64,000 nucleotides of DNA from NCBI RefSeq assembly GCF_018977255.1, contig NW_024704743.1, forward strand, positions 93,932,001 to 93,996,000. The letters run 5' to 3'. Shown here piece by piece: positions 1-26,431 of this stretch; position 1 is the first letter of the stretch; each line of letters opens with the position of its first letter. The translations under genes were made by a program, and so were the position numbers. The stretch comes from Callorhinchus milii. Taxonomy: Eukaryota. The notes below the pieces were generated by a model. The model searched no databases and was not told the DNA's origin. It was given only the letters and a program-made list of their open reading frames with translations.

Positions 1-3000
1 TCGTGGGGATTTGAAGATGGGGCGGGAGGGGGCAAGGCGGAGGGATTGAGGTAGAGTGTTCCAGAGTTTCGGGGTGTAGTTGCTGAAGGCACGGTCACCG
101 ATGGTGGAGGAGGTGACGAGGGGCAAACAGGAGGCCGGGTCAATGGATGGAGTGTCCGGTAAGCAGGTCAGATAGGTAGTGAGGTGCGAGGGCATAAAGG
201 GATTTGAAAATGAGTGAGGGGATCTTGAAATCGATCCATTTGATGATTAGGAGCTAGTGGAGCCTGGCAAGGACTAGTGTGATGGGGGTACGGAGTTTTG
301 TGCGGGTGAGTATCTGGGCAGTGGAGTTTTTAATTAATTGGGACTATTTGGGATTCAAATCTGTAAACATAGGGATACAAAGAATGTTTCAGCTGATAGT
401 ATAAACCACTTATGGCTAATTATGGGCAACTCAAACAAACTGTACTTGTAGATGCTATTAAGACTAATTTTACATTCCAAGTGCATTTTCCACTACTAAA
501 ATCACTGTAAAATTTATGGGCCAGTGGTAACTTTCAGAAGAATAGGGAAATATTTGCTACGTTAAGAATAATAAATCAGTGCATTATACCAGAATTATTG
601 CAACTGATGGATGACATCTACCTAAGCACCACAAAACCCTTTTTTAATCGAATCATGGAGCAACAGAAAGTGTAAAGGCTCTCTCCCTCACAAGATTAAC
701 TGAGCTGCTAGACAGAGAACTGCATAGCAGTGATCTACTGCACCACATATTGAAAATGAGAGAAGAGGAACAAGACTGGCAGATTAACAAGTACATAGTT
801 GATTAGGCAGTGGCAAAAGTGGTTCACAACTACATCCACAATCTATCCTCTCAAAGGATTTAAAGGGTAGTGAAATGCACTAAAGGAAAATGGGATGAAC
901 CAAATAAAATCAAATTACAAGATTTCCCATTGATGGCATGGAGGGGGCCAGAAGGGCAGTACGACCACGAGAGATCGCAGAAGTAAGGTGGGGCAGGGGA
1001 TGGAGGCATTTGAATATAAGGTCAAAAAAGGGATCAGGGCTCATAGATGATCTGGAGCTTATGGAGGCTGGCCAGCAGAGAAACAGAAAGTTAAGATGTG
1101 ACTAAAGCTTTGGATGAGGATTTTGCCTGCAGTGGGCATGAGGTTGTGTGGAGTCAAGCGATATTGCAGAGAGGGCAAAAAGCGGAATTGGTCATAGGCT
1201 AGATAAAGGGATAAAGTTGTGAAAATCAAACAATGTTGAAATTCTGTACAGGCTCTGCAAACTGGAATGAGTATCAAGCATGATTTTTTTATAAACAGAA
1301 AAATTGGCTAGAGGGTACCTAGGAATAGTGTCTGATGCTAGGACATGAATGATTTAAGTAATCATAATAGGAAGATAGTGGGTAGGTATTGTGGAAGGAT
1401 GAAATCAAATTAACCTTCTTCATCTGAACTGTTCTCAAATGTGTGGACATAAAGTGAAGGCAAGATTGCAGTTGGTTTAATGTGTGGATGACAAGTGAAG
1501 ACCAAATTGTGCTGTTTAGGCTGCCTACATTCACCCTCCCCCATCAATTTGATGATGCAATTGATATTTACGCCATTTAGCTACATACAACAAGCATTTA
1601 TGTAGCACCATCCACGCCTGGGAAGTGCCCAGAGCATTTAACAATGGTGGAGCCCAATACCGAGCCAGGAAAGGGGGAAGGTGACCGTAGTAGGTACAGT
1701 TGAAGTTCTTCAGGCGCAACCTGAAGGGAGGGACGGATTTGCATAGCTTCGGGGCATAGTACTGGATAGACCCCACACACATCTATCTTGAAACTGCACC
1801 CTCCCCATATACCTAGGGGAACTAAAACCAACTGTAGTACCTCCATTATAAATTGTTACAACCCCGGCTATGATCGGCTAATACATGAATAATCAAACCG
1901 AGTAACTTCCTTCTCATTAAGTTTGGTTTCAATTTACTAAGCCCGCCCTTTTGGGAACAACCATTGCAAGAAGGGGAGCCTTACAATGCTAATTGTAGAC
2001 ATGTAAGTTACATGTTTAAGATGTGTTGCAGATGGAATACAAAAAGGGCAACTCAAACCAATTTCTTAAAAAGGATTTTAACCTGCAAAACTACATATAA
2101 ATTCAGATTTGAATACTATCTCACATTTAAAATTATTGTTCCAAATTCTTTAACCTACGCCAACTGACTAACATTAAACCCACTTTGTTTTCTTAAAGCA
2201 TAAATGCGTTTCTTAAAAACATTTCCTCTGCTTCAAATCCTAATATAGTACTGTAAAATGCAACCCCATATTTAGAAGGTAAAAGAAAAATATTTACATC
2301 TACAATATAACCACCACACTTCAACGCAAGCTATTAAATTTATACTTTCTGATTAGGGAAAACAAAACTAAAAGGGCAAAATCAGAAGTATACATTTTGT
2401 GGGTATTGAGACGTTTTGATACGTGGAATACTGCTGTGCACAATTTGTTGCCACATTTCACCCACAAAATATACAGTCAATTCACTTTACAGTATATTCT
2501 GTGAGGCATTATGAGACATTGCAAAGATGTGATAAGGCACTATATCAAATACAAGGTTTATTATAGAGTTTCAGCAAATTTTAATTTATTGTAAGTACTT
2601 ATTTATCCAGTTGCATTTATAAAGCAAGCATAACTCACAAAACAATGATTGGCAGGGGGAAGATAGGCAGCTTTCAGCTGTCCAACAAATAAAATACTAC
2701 ACATAGATGAGCCATACATTTCAATTCTATTAATATGCAACTATGCCTGTATATGAAGTTTAGTTTATGTATAAACATACATAATGTGCACGCACATAGA
2801 TATATAAACAAGCAATATGTACATATTGGAGTTACTTAAAAATATATACAAAAATATGCATTGCGTTTAGTTGTAATGACCCACTACAACTAAACGCAAT
2901 GCATATATGGATATTTATAATTTTGCAGTTCGACCATGTTTCTATACACACACACACACACATTAAAAGTACCCTCCCCACACCCCAGGGAAAAAAGATC

Positions 3001-3029
3001 AAGTCAACTCCCACACCCCCCGGGGCTCC

Positions 3030-4260
3030 AGCAGAGCCCGTGCGACAACTTCCGGATTCAAAAGAGATACCAGTCGGTACCGATTAGAGCGAGAGGAGCC
3101 CCAGCAGCAGAGACCGGGAAAGCAAATGCGAGGACGTGCGGAGAAACGCAGAGGGTTTAACAGAGAGAGAGAGAGAGATAGGGCTGAAAATGCGCAGAGA
3201 TCGGCGGCCTGGCCCCTCCCTCCCTCCCTCCCTCCCCAGCAGCCTGGGGGGGGGGGGAGAGAGAGAGAGAGGAAGGAGCGGCTCTGACCCTCACTTTCAC
3301 GCACACATTTTTTTTAAATAAAAGGGCGACCCCGCGGCTCGGCTTTCGGTTTTTTTTAAAAAAACCTTTTTTTTTTGGGAAAAAAAAGCGGCTTCAGCAG
3401 TGACCCGCGGGGCCGCGGGAGGGGGAGAGGGGGGGAGGAGGGCGGGGGAGGAGGGGACACAGAGAAGCGCTGCTTTGTGACCCCGCGCAGTGAGGGAGGC
3501 CCGAGCCGAGCGGAGCGGAGCGGCCCGACTCTCCCTCCTCCTCCGTCGCCGCCGCCGACAGTCACACACACACACACACAGAGAGAGAGAAGTAAATGAA
3601 AAGAGAAGCAGCGAGAGGGACGGAGGAGGAGGAGGAGGCGGCGGCGGCCGCGCTCCCGGGTGGAGGGGGGAGGGAGGGAGGGAAGGAGGGAGGGTTTGCC
3701 CGCCCGCCCGCTCGGGTGGTTACCGCTCTGTGCCGGTGAACTATTGCGTTTGCCTCCTCCAGCAGCACCTGCGAACGCCATCTTTACCATCCAGGGAGAG
3801 GCTCCTGCCCTGACGTCAGCCTCACGTGACCATGCCGAGCCCATCGAGGAGGTGCGCGCGCTTCCCCTCCTCACCCCCCCCCCCCCCCCACCAACCGTCG
3901 CCGTTTGGGTCCCACCTCCCGCCCAACGTGACCCCGATTGGACGGTTTTTTTTTGTTCTGTGCGTTGTGTGTGTGTGTGTGTGTGTGAGAGAGAAAAACG
4001 GCTTTGAGCGGATGCCTAATTTTTCTCACCGGCGAAGCTTTTGTTTTTGTCGAAGACCTTTTCTTACGGTGTTTCAGAGTCACGAGCGTAAACTGTCCAC
4101 TCTGCGACCCCCCCCCCCCCCCCCACGAAGAGGGCAACAGCGCATCGTATTGGGCTACTTTTGGGGCTACTTTTGGGCGCTTTGGGCTACATTTTAGTTT
4201 CTGGTGAACCTCCAGGACGCTGTTGGGGTAACGGGCGCTTCCTCAAAGCGCTTTTTGCAG
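3030..4260. promoter_or_regulatory. CpG-island promoter of a minus-strand gene
   Basis: CpG-rich. YY1-type GCCATCTT over the ATG (3777-3784), CRE TGACGTCA 3811-3818, E-box TCACGTGA 3822-3829, ATTGG (minus-strand CCAAT) 3937-3941, poly-C and GGA tracts. Confidence 0.8.
3724..3781 (-). CDS. UBE2V2: Probable first coding exon of UBE2V2 (MMS2); rest of gene lies left of the window
   Basis: AAG ATG GCG start inside the CpG island; MAFAGAAGGGKRNSSPAQS G|gtaacc is a phase-1 donor. UBE2V2 follows MCM4 in the same orientation in mammals and has a short first coding exon. No UBC-domain exon is visible here, so the name rests on synteny. Confidence 0.5.
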
Positions 4261-4274
4261 GTTATGAATAATAA

Positions 4275-4690
4275 TGAGTATTATAATTGACTGTTGCTGT
4301 GAAGTGCAGCCACTGTGCGCATTGTGGATGAACGTAGCAGCCATTTGTGCCCCACAAACGGCCGTCGGCCCGAGTGACCAACCTTAATCCGAGAGATTGT
4401 TGGCCAGACACCGGGAGAAACTCCCTTCTCCTTTTCTGAATAGATCCATGGGATCCGTAACTTCCATGCGAACGGGCAGACAGTTTCGTACAAAGGATGG
4501 CACCTCCAACAATACAGCACTGCACTGGAGTGACAGCTCAGAATATAGCTTTGGGACGTCCACCCGACGTGAAAGGCGCTCTGTAAATGTAATTTTGTTG
4601 TTGATAGGGGTTGCAAGTCCCAACCTGGGGATTGAACCAATAATCTGAATCGGAGATGAGAGCCTACCAACTGAGTCCGGCTTCGAGCTC
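4275..4690 (-). mobile_element. Older DeuSINE-like element (different tRNA head)
   Basis: CTCAGTTGGTAG...GGTTCAATCCC head and Deu-like core (CCAGTGCAGTGCTG..GGAGGTGCCATCCTT); interrupted by an L2 tail at ~4548-4605. Confidence 0.65.
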
Positions 4691-4763
4691 TGCATGCTCT
4701 CTATTGGGTCGTTGTGCATGGCCCTATAGTGTGTGTACACGTGTCTTTGTGAGTGCCCTATAC

Positions 4764-5022
4764 AGGTGACCGTACGTCCCCGATTTTTGGGGTCAGTCCC
4801 CAGATGAGGTATTGTGTTCCTGGCCAAATTTGTACTGTCTTGAGTTCAGCAACAAACTTTGGAATAAAATTCCGAAACAGATACACTCATCAGAAAGATA
4901 CAGACATACAGCCCAAAATACAGCCAACAAGCTTCTCCAGTACTGGCAGTATCAGGAATTGCAGTGAGTTCAATTTGTTTTATGTGTGTGTCCAGATTTG
5001 GTTTCCAAAATATGGTCACCCT
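4764..5022. mobile_element. MITE-like element (hAT-type termini)
   Basis: AGGTGACCGTA...TATGGTCACCCT terminal inverted repeats, no coding capacity. Confidence 0.55.
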
Positions 5023-5169
5023 ATCACTTCAGATGCCAAGTCCCTCATATCACACCCTCCTCCAAACCCTCCACCATCTTTGTGCGCCCATGGAAAACTC
5101 TGAAACTTGGGGCGTCCTCCCGACGTGAAAGGCGCTATACAAATGTAATTTTGATGGTGTTGTTTCCCC

Positions 5170-7165
5170 CCTGAGTCTCTCACAAACACCCTCTCATCCT
5201 CAGATCTTCTCTTCCTTTGGCCTTCCACCTGCCGTGATCTAAACATCGCTGTCAAGCTGCTAAACGATCACCTCTCCTCAACCTTCAATTACCTTGTCTC
5301 CTGAAAACCAGGTCCATTTCCAACGCTACCCTCTCCCCCTGGTACAACAGTCACCTCTGCTCCCTAGAATCCCAAACCCAGTTGCTCAAGCGCAGATGGC
5401 GTAAAACCAGCCTCACGGTTCACCACCAACTGTGGCTCGAGCATCCTCAACATACCACCGCTCCCTCTCTCAAGCCCAAAACACCACAGCTCCTACCACA
5501 GCCCCACCCTATACTCCTTTGCCCCTATCTCTCCCTCCTTCCTTTATCCCAACATCACTCATGTGAAGCCCATAACCTACTGCCTTGACCCACTCACCAC
5601 CCAGTTTCTGGCCACTCAACTCCCCCTCCTCTGCCGACTGCTGTCTGCCAATCAACCAGTCCCTCTCCTCAGGCTCTGTCCCTCAAAACTGATGTCATCA
5701 CTCCTCAATCCCTCCAACCTCATAAATTTCAGACCCATTTCAAACCTGCCCTTCCTGGCCAAGGTTTTGGAACACGTTGTTGCATATCAACTTTCCTCAC
5801 ACCACTCCCTCCACTCCCTACTCGAATCCCTCCAGTCCAGTTTTCACCCTGCCCACAGCACAGAGCTCATCAAAGTAACAAATGACATCCTCTCTATCTC
5901 TATCCCTCTGCCTCTTCATTCTCCTGGACCTCTCCATTGCGTTTGATACAGTCGAACACAACATCCTCCTCCACCACCTCTACCCACCTTTAGTGGGACC
6001 GCATTCACATGCTTCAAGTCTTACTTAACAAACCGCCAACAATACATCTCAGCAAATTACTTTTCCTCCCACCCGCACCCAGTCACTTGCGGGGTACCTC
6101 ATGGCTCCATCCTTGGCCCCCTTCTTTTCCTTATCTACATGTTCCCTCTCGGCGATGTCATCCACAGACTTCCACATGTATGCGGATGACACCCAAATCT
6201 ACTTCTGCTCCTCCAGCCGCGACTTCCAGTCTCCTGATGTCCTGTCAGCTTGTTTGACAGACATCAACGGCTGGATGAGCATAATTTCCTGCAGCTGAAT
6301 ATCAGCAAGACAAAACCAGACTCACTGAAGCCGTGCACAATTTAAGTGTCAGGTTTGATCTCCAGCTTTCCTTTCTACCCCACATCCTTTCCCTGAACGT
6401 GGATGCTTTTTTCCACGTTCATCACATTACTCGCCTCCGTCCATACCTCACAACCAACGTAGCCGAAACCCTCGTCTACGCCTTTGTCCCTTTCCGGCTG
6501 GACTATTCCAATGCCCTCCACGCTGGTCTTCCCAGCTCTGCACTTTGCACAAATCCAATTAATTAAAAACTCCGCCGCCACACAAAACTCTGTACCCTTC
6601 ATCGACGACTGTCTGTGGGACATTGCTGTGCGCAATTGGCTGCCGCGTTCGCCCACAAATATACAGTTAATTCACTTTACAGTGTGTTCTGTGAAGCGCT
6701 TTGGGATGTCCTCCCGACGTGAAAAGCGCTATATCAAATGCAAGGATTATCACACCAGTCCTTTCCCGGCTCCACTGGGTCCCAATTACCAAACAGATTT
6801 TTAGATCCTCTCACTCATTTTCAAATCCCTACATGCCCTCACACCTCCCTACCTATCTGATCTGCTTAAACCCTCACTGCTCCAGCCCCCACTGCCTCCA
6901 CTAGGCTGGCTCCTGTCTCCTGTTTGTCCCTCGACCCTCCGCTCCACCATCGGTGGCCATTCCTTCAGCCACTATGCCCTGAAACTCTGAAACTCTCTCC
7001 CTCAAACGCTCTGCATTGCTCCCTCCTTCCCCACTTTCAAATCCCACCTAATGATCATGCTTACGGTCACCTCACCCCCTTGGTATCAAACTCTGCCACT
7101 GTCAAGCGCTCCAGGACTCTACCTCGCATGAAGGCCACTATATAAATGCAAACTGTTGTTGTTGT
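5170..7165 (+). mobile_element. Degenerate L2-clade LINE (RT region and 3' tail) with nested SINE fragment
   Basis: [42 protein letters not shown] motifs with frameshifts; (TTG)n tail. Confidence 0.9.
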
Positions 7166-10100
7166 ACATGTATTATTGTGCGTGCACTAAAGTGAATGCA
7201 TGTGTCATCCATGTGCCTTTAGGGCATGTGTGTCATCGTGTGTGCACGTGTTGACTACCCTTGACCATGCATGTGCATGTCTTGGTGTGTGCCATAATTT
7301 ATGCCACAGTGTATGCCATCATATGTGCAGCTTTTGATGTAATGAATAAGATGCACGTGTGATAGTAAGTGCAATAGTACTTGCTCACGTGTGTTGTAGT
7401 ACATGGCATAGTTTGTATGGTACATGTCATAATGCATAGGTCTATGCAACCTGGAACTTAACCTCCAATCTTGTGCCTCTGACCTGCTCTCCTATTGATT
7501 CAAAGAAAGAGGCAGAATTCTAATTCATACGGATCAAGGGTCTGTTTACATGAATTCATTTGCACGCCTTAAACAGTGAAACTTCTGAAACATCTTTCAA
7601 ATTGTAACAGAACTTAACCAACTGCACCCAACATAACTAAGTAAGGATGTCAGAGGTCAGATTAAGTAAAGTCACCCGACTGTCAGCCACAGCTTCTCGT
7701 CTCCCATTATTGTCACTCAGTTCCAGACTCAGTTTGTTGCAAGCTCCAGCAGGGCTTCACACACAAGACATGTATTAGATATTGATGTTACAATGTTATG
7801 TTATGGGTCAGATATTGATATTGATATTAAAATGTCATGTTATGGGTCCTGCACATTTGTGGAACCAAAACCAAAGAGAAATGGCATACTCCTAAGTAAG
7901 AGACACAATGGGCTAAAAAGCCTCCTTCTGTGATGTATATTTCTATGATTCTATGAAGAGATCCAGTCACAAGAAAAGTGTTGCTCATCATTGCCTCAAT
8001 TTAGGCTGCCGATATTTTGTCAAATTAATTACCTAAACCCAACATTTCTTATGGTAGTACATTAGAGCTAACAAAGTAGAAATTAAGGTCCTTGAATACG
8101 ACTTGTGAAGTGAAAGCCACTGGTGTATCATTGATGCAACCAATATCTACGGCCTTGGGACTAGCAAAGATAATTCCTCCACCATTCCCATAACTCTCGT
8201 TCATACAATTTCCAAATTTTGCCGATAGTTTATGTGCACTCTTCAGGTTTTCTGGAATGAATGGCTAACATGTTGAACATAATGTATCGCATAGCCCTAT
8301 CAAGTATCATTATTTGCCCTGACATGCAGATTTTCTTTTTGAGGACACATAAACTTTCTGTTTGCCTAATTGTAAAAGACATATCTATTTCATAACTTCC
8401 AATTGGTGTTAATTTTGCTTAAAAATAAGGAACTGCATCTGGCCTTGGCAACAAGAACTGTAGTTTTGATGGCAGTCTATTCCAAGAACTTTAACTGCTC
8501 AAAATGTTTCCCTTGTGGTCATAAGTGTACTTTTAAAGAGAACTAGCCCAGAAGCAACTGCTTGTGCAAAGTGCTCACTCCTGTTAAACTGTTCTGTGTT
8601 TGCTCAGATTTTAAAGTTACATTCAAACTTCTTGTTCTCGTGCTGTAAATGACTGTTCAAATGTAACACGGCAATTAACATTTCAACATGCAGTTTGGTT
8701 CTCTGATGATAGCATCATGGCAGGGGAATGTGTACGCTTGTTATTGAAGATAATGTTTCATTTCCTCTTTGTTTTGGGAGGTTTCATTTTAAAGCACAGA
8801 TGGTAATGATATCAATATATGCACAGAGTGAATTAACTTTTTATTGTGCTTTATCCTTACTATAGCCTGCTTCAGCTATTGATGTAATGAAATACTTCCT
8901 GGTATCTGTCTTTGAAATTACCCTTCAATAACCTGAACATGTGTCTTTTTGTCATGTTGTCATATATTATCTGAAAGTATTAGTCTCTCTCAATCCTATT
9001 TAGCATCTTATATAACTCTTTAAGATCTCTCTGAAATGTATCTTTTCAAAGCTGAAGCTTTTCTTTTCATTCCACGTAGAGTATACTCCTCCAACATTTG
9101 TGGTGATCATTTCTGCTCTCCTCTACACTGCTTCGAGTGAATGCTGTACATCATGTGTGTCCTGACTAAAACGTAGCATGAGCATTACTTCTGTGGATCT
9201 GAGCTGAACTAAATTGATAAGATAGCCAAGCATTCAATTTGTCTTGTTTATTGATGCCTCAGACTCATTGTCACAGTGAATAACAGGTTAACTAACGCTC
9301 CTAAGTCTCTTTCAACTACCCTTTTGCAAATTCTCTCCAGTCCACTGAGTACATGCGCCTCCCATTTTCACTTCCTGTGTGAAGTTCTAAATTAGTGGTA
9401 GCAAATACTATATTTTGTCCACAAATACACAGGTTACAACACTTTACAATAAATCAGTGAAGCGTTTTGAGACATTTTAATGTCATAATAAGGCACTATA
9501 ACAAATGCAAGGATTATTATTTGCAACATCAACATGCGTGTCTGAAAGCACGATCTGTATGGGAAAGCTCAAAGGATAGAAGTTCCCCATTGTATGCTGT
9601 GTTGTACTTTTTGTGCACAGTACTTCTGAGATCAGAGTTGGAGATGAAACAGAATGTGATTCTCATAGTTACCTGTATTTCAAAATTTCTTTCTAAGTTT
9701 TCTTACTTTTTTTGTGTTTATATGTGTGTATGGAAAAGCTCCCAATTGAATTTAGCTTTTCTGACACATTAATGAGGCCAAAATTTAGAGCCAAACTCCT
9801 ACCCCGTGAAATAAGGTTTCATTCTGACAACTCCTTGTGCTTATCAGTCTACATGGTCTTCTGTCAGCTGTGAATGTAAACATAAAAACCCTTTCCATTG
9901 CATTCCTCAAATCAAGTGGACACGAGTGGGTTTCTCAAACACAGTTAGTACAGGAGGCTTGCAAAACACTACAGCTTAACTGGCTACTTATTTGTTTCCT
10001 TTCTCAGACGGAAAGCTATATTTCTGCCACTCACAGGCTCCCCCAGCACAAACACACATCCTGCTTTAGATCTGCAGTTCATTCTGTGAGCAACTGAAAG

Positions 10101-10265
10101 GAAATCCATATCTCATCTCTTTGTAGCACAGTGTATTGATGCACAAATATATTGTGCTGATCATCTGAATCATACGACCTTAAAGCACAAAATCAGGCCA
10201 TTTGGCTAATCACTGCTATTTTTCTCCACAAGTGATTAGTCTAATCCCACTCTCTTCCTTCCTTC

Positions 10266-10600
10266 ATAATAATAATAATAATAATAATAATCCTTGCATT
10301 TGATATAGCGCTTTTCACGTCAGGAGGACGTCCCAAAGCGCTTCACAGAACACACTGTAAAGTGAATTGACTGTATATTTGTGGGCGAACGCGGCAGCCA
10401 ATTGCGCACAGCTGTGTCCCACAAACAGTCGTAGATTGAAAATGACCAATTTAATTATTGTTTTTGGTTTTTTGGAGGGATTATTATTAGGCGTGTGGAG
10501 TAAGGAAACTTGCCCAAGGTTTCGCCCTCTGCCTGGAATTGAACTCACGTCTCTCACTTGCAAAGCGAGTGCTCTAACCACTGAGCTACAGGACTCCACA
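10266..10600 (-). mobile_element. Young tRNA-derived SINE (Deu-like body, L2 tail, (TTA)n), full length
   Basis: A box TAGCTCAGTGG, B box GTTCAATTCC, shared body, GTGAAAAGCGCTATATCAAATGCAAGG(ATT)n tail. Confidence 0.9.
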
Positions 10601-11789
10601 TATTTTGGTCAAGCATTTAATTTCCTTTTTGATCTTAACAAGTCTTGCCTTCTTCATAACTCTTCATAACTCTTCATAACTTCTTCATAACTCTTTGAAA
10701 ACAGTTGAATATCTCACCAGATATTTTTCTACCTGAATAACTGTCTTTTCTTCAAAGATTTGCTTTCAAAGCCCCACATAGCCAATTCCCTGAATGCAAG
10801 CAATTGGACATAAGGACTGGGGACTGCTTTAAGTTTTCATCAGCACGAAGCAGAGTAGAACAAAATCTCGAGATTTATCAATTCACGTGGAGAACATTCG
10901 GTCTTTGTGCATGTATCAGATGTTGCTTCTGCCTTGTACATGTCCTTTATGATCTAACAAGGCAAGATGGCACGAGGCTTGTGTTCCTGGTTTGGGGATT
11001 TATTATAGTGCTTATAGAACACTTGCTCTTCTTCGCGGGCAACCGGACAGCCAAAGAATAAAATTAAACTCGATTCATCCAAACACTCAGGAATTTCACA
11101 TTTTCATCCCATTTACCTATTATTCTCCGTTACTTTTACCCCCTCAGTCAAAGGATTTTTACAGGCTGCTTTTCAACTAATTTTTAACCAATAAATACCC
11201 AGAATCTCTTGGATGGCAGACAGTCAGTTAAAACAAAAATCCCCTCGGTGGGGGAAAAAAAATGTTTTTGGGGGTGGGTGAGGGGAAGAAACTTTGGAAC
11301 ATGAACGCAGTGAAGTCCTGCCAATTTGACATACAAATCAAACGCTCCCAGAGGACCTCTAGGAATTGGGTTGAGATTACCCAGATACTATTCACAGAGC
11401 ACCTTTTTACATCTGGCAGAGATGACTACCATTCTATCAGTTTGAGCTAGAATTAAACAAACGCCCCTGAAAAGTCAACATGTACTCCCTGTGAAACACC
11501 CAGTGCTTGCTATTTAGGAAGCTGATGAAATATACACGTTCCTTTTTTAAAATGCAGAATGCATGAGACATTCCATCTCGGGAATGTTTCCACATACCAG
11601 TTGAGAACTGGGAGACCATAATTTTGCAGCCTGCTGGTAATGTATTTCTTTCTTTTCCCAGTAGAAACACAGAATGCAATGTATTTGTTGAAAGTGGGAT
11701 TGAAACATGATTTTATGCTTTAAATGGAAGTATTATGCCAATGAAACATGACCGTAGAGCGCAACAAGCTGACAGGGCTGCACTTTAAA

Positions 11790-12013
11790 TGACTTACTCC
11801 ACACGGCTAATAATAATCCCTCCAAAACCAAACAATAAATTGGTCATTTTCAATCTACGACTGTTTGTGGGACTTTACTGTGCGCAATTGGCTGCCGCGT
11901 TCGCCCGCAAATATACAGTCAATTCACTTTACAGTGTGTTCTGTGAAGCGCTTTGGGACATCCTCCCGACGTGAAAAGCGCTATATCAAATGCAAGGATT
12001 ATTATTATTATTA
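11790..12013 (+). mobile_element. Same SINE family, 5'-truncated
   Basis: Body and tail match the 10266 copy; no tRNA head. Confidence 0.88.
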
Positions 12014-12495
12014 AGAGTCTCAGTAGCTCTGGTACCAGTCAACACTGAAATTGGGATTCCCCAATTCATCTTGGCACACATTGCTATGGATAGTTCATCT
12101 CACATATTTCAAATATCACCCATCACCCCTTTTGCTGTATTCCTGATGGATTCAAACATTTTTATTTAAACACCCATGTCCTCTTCACTTCAGATGCCAC
12201 AGGCTTCGCTACATTCAAAACCAACCAAAATCAAGTTCAACAGATTTCCTGTGTTCAGTCTCAGCTCTGAATTACATGGCTTCTGGAGCAAAGCAGAAAG
12301 ATCTGGGATAATGAAATTCCACTTTGTACATCAGGCTCACAACCTTGAATTCTGGCCTTGACACAGATCTGCTTTAGTATTTTTGTTTGCCCTGGCTGCA
12401 TATCTAATACCAAAGAGGTTCAATTCCCCATCCCCATACCACCCCCTCCCAAGCAAACTTCACAGCAGAAAAGAACATTAAATGCAAAAAACAGT

Positions 12496-12505
12496 TTTAT
12501 TTATT
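12496..12505 (-). terminator. Probable MCM4 polyadenylation signal (two overlapping AATAAA)
   Basis: Plus-strand TTTATTTATT ~350 nt past the MCM4 stop, followed on the minus strand by T-rich sequence. Confidence 0.6.
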
Positions 12506-12854
12506 GATGGAACAAATTGAGCATTTTACACCATTTCACCAACTCTATCGCCCCAAAATTAACCCCACTTTGCATTCTTAGGTCCCTCAAAATGGCAGCT
12601 ACTTATTAAACGACATATGTAAATATTCTAATTTGTTATTTCCAATTCCGTTCATGATGCTAGCTGATTATTTTTGCCCCTTCCCCCGTATGACATTCTC
12701 CTAAACTCAGCATTACAAAAGCCATAAAAGGTTTTTTTTAAATGTTAAAATAGTAACATGATAAATCAAGCTAAACAATTAACACAGCTACAGTTTCAGT
12801 AAAAAGATCAGCAGTAAACATTACTACTTAGGATTAGTTATAAGTTCTTTCTTT

Positions 12855-26431
<13,577 letters not shown>

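Noticed and set aside
1059..1846. Short minus-strand ORFs as candidate UBE2V2 exon 2
   Set aside because: No VPRNFRLLEEL or other UBC-like sequence seen in 1-3700.
10530..10600. Multiple tRNA-Ala(TGC)-like sequences
   Set aside because: Each is fused to the same SINE body and tail. They are SINE heads, not tRNA genes.
10315..10669. Recurrent ORFs such as [14 protein letters not shown] and [13 protein letters not shown]
   Set aside because: Translations of SINE copies.
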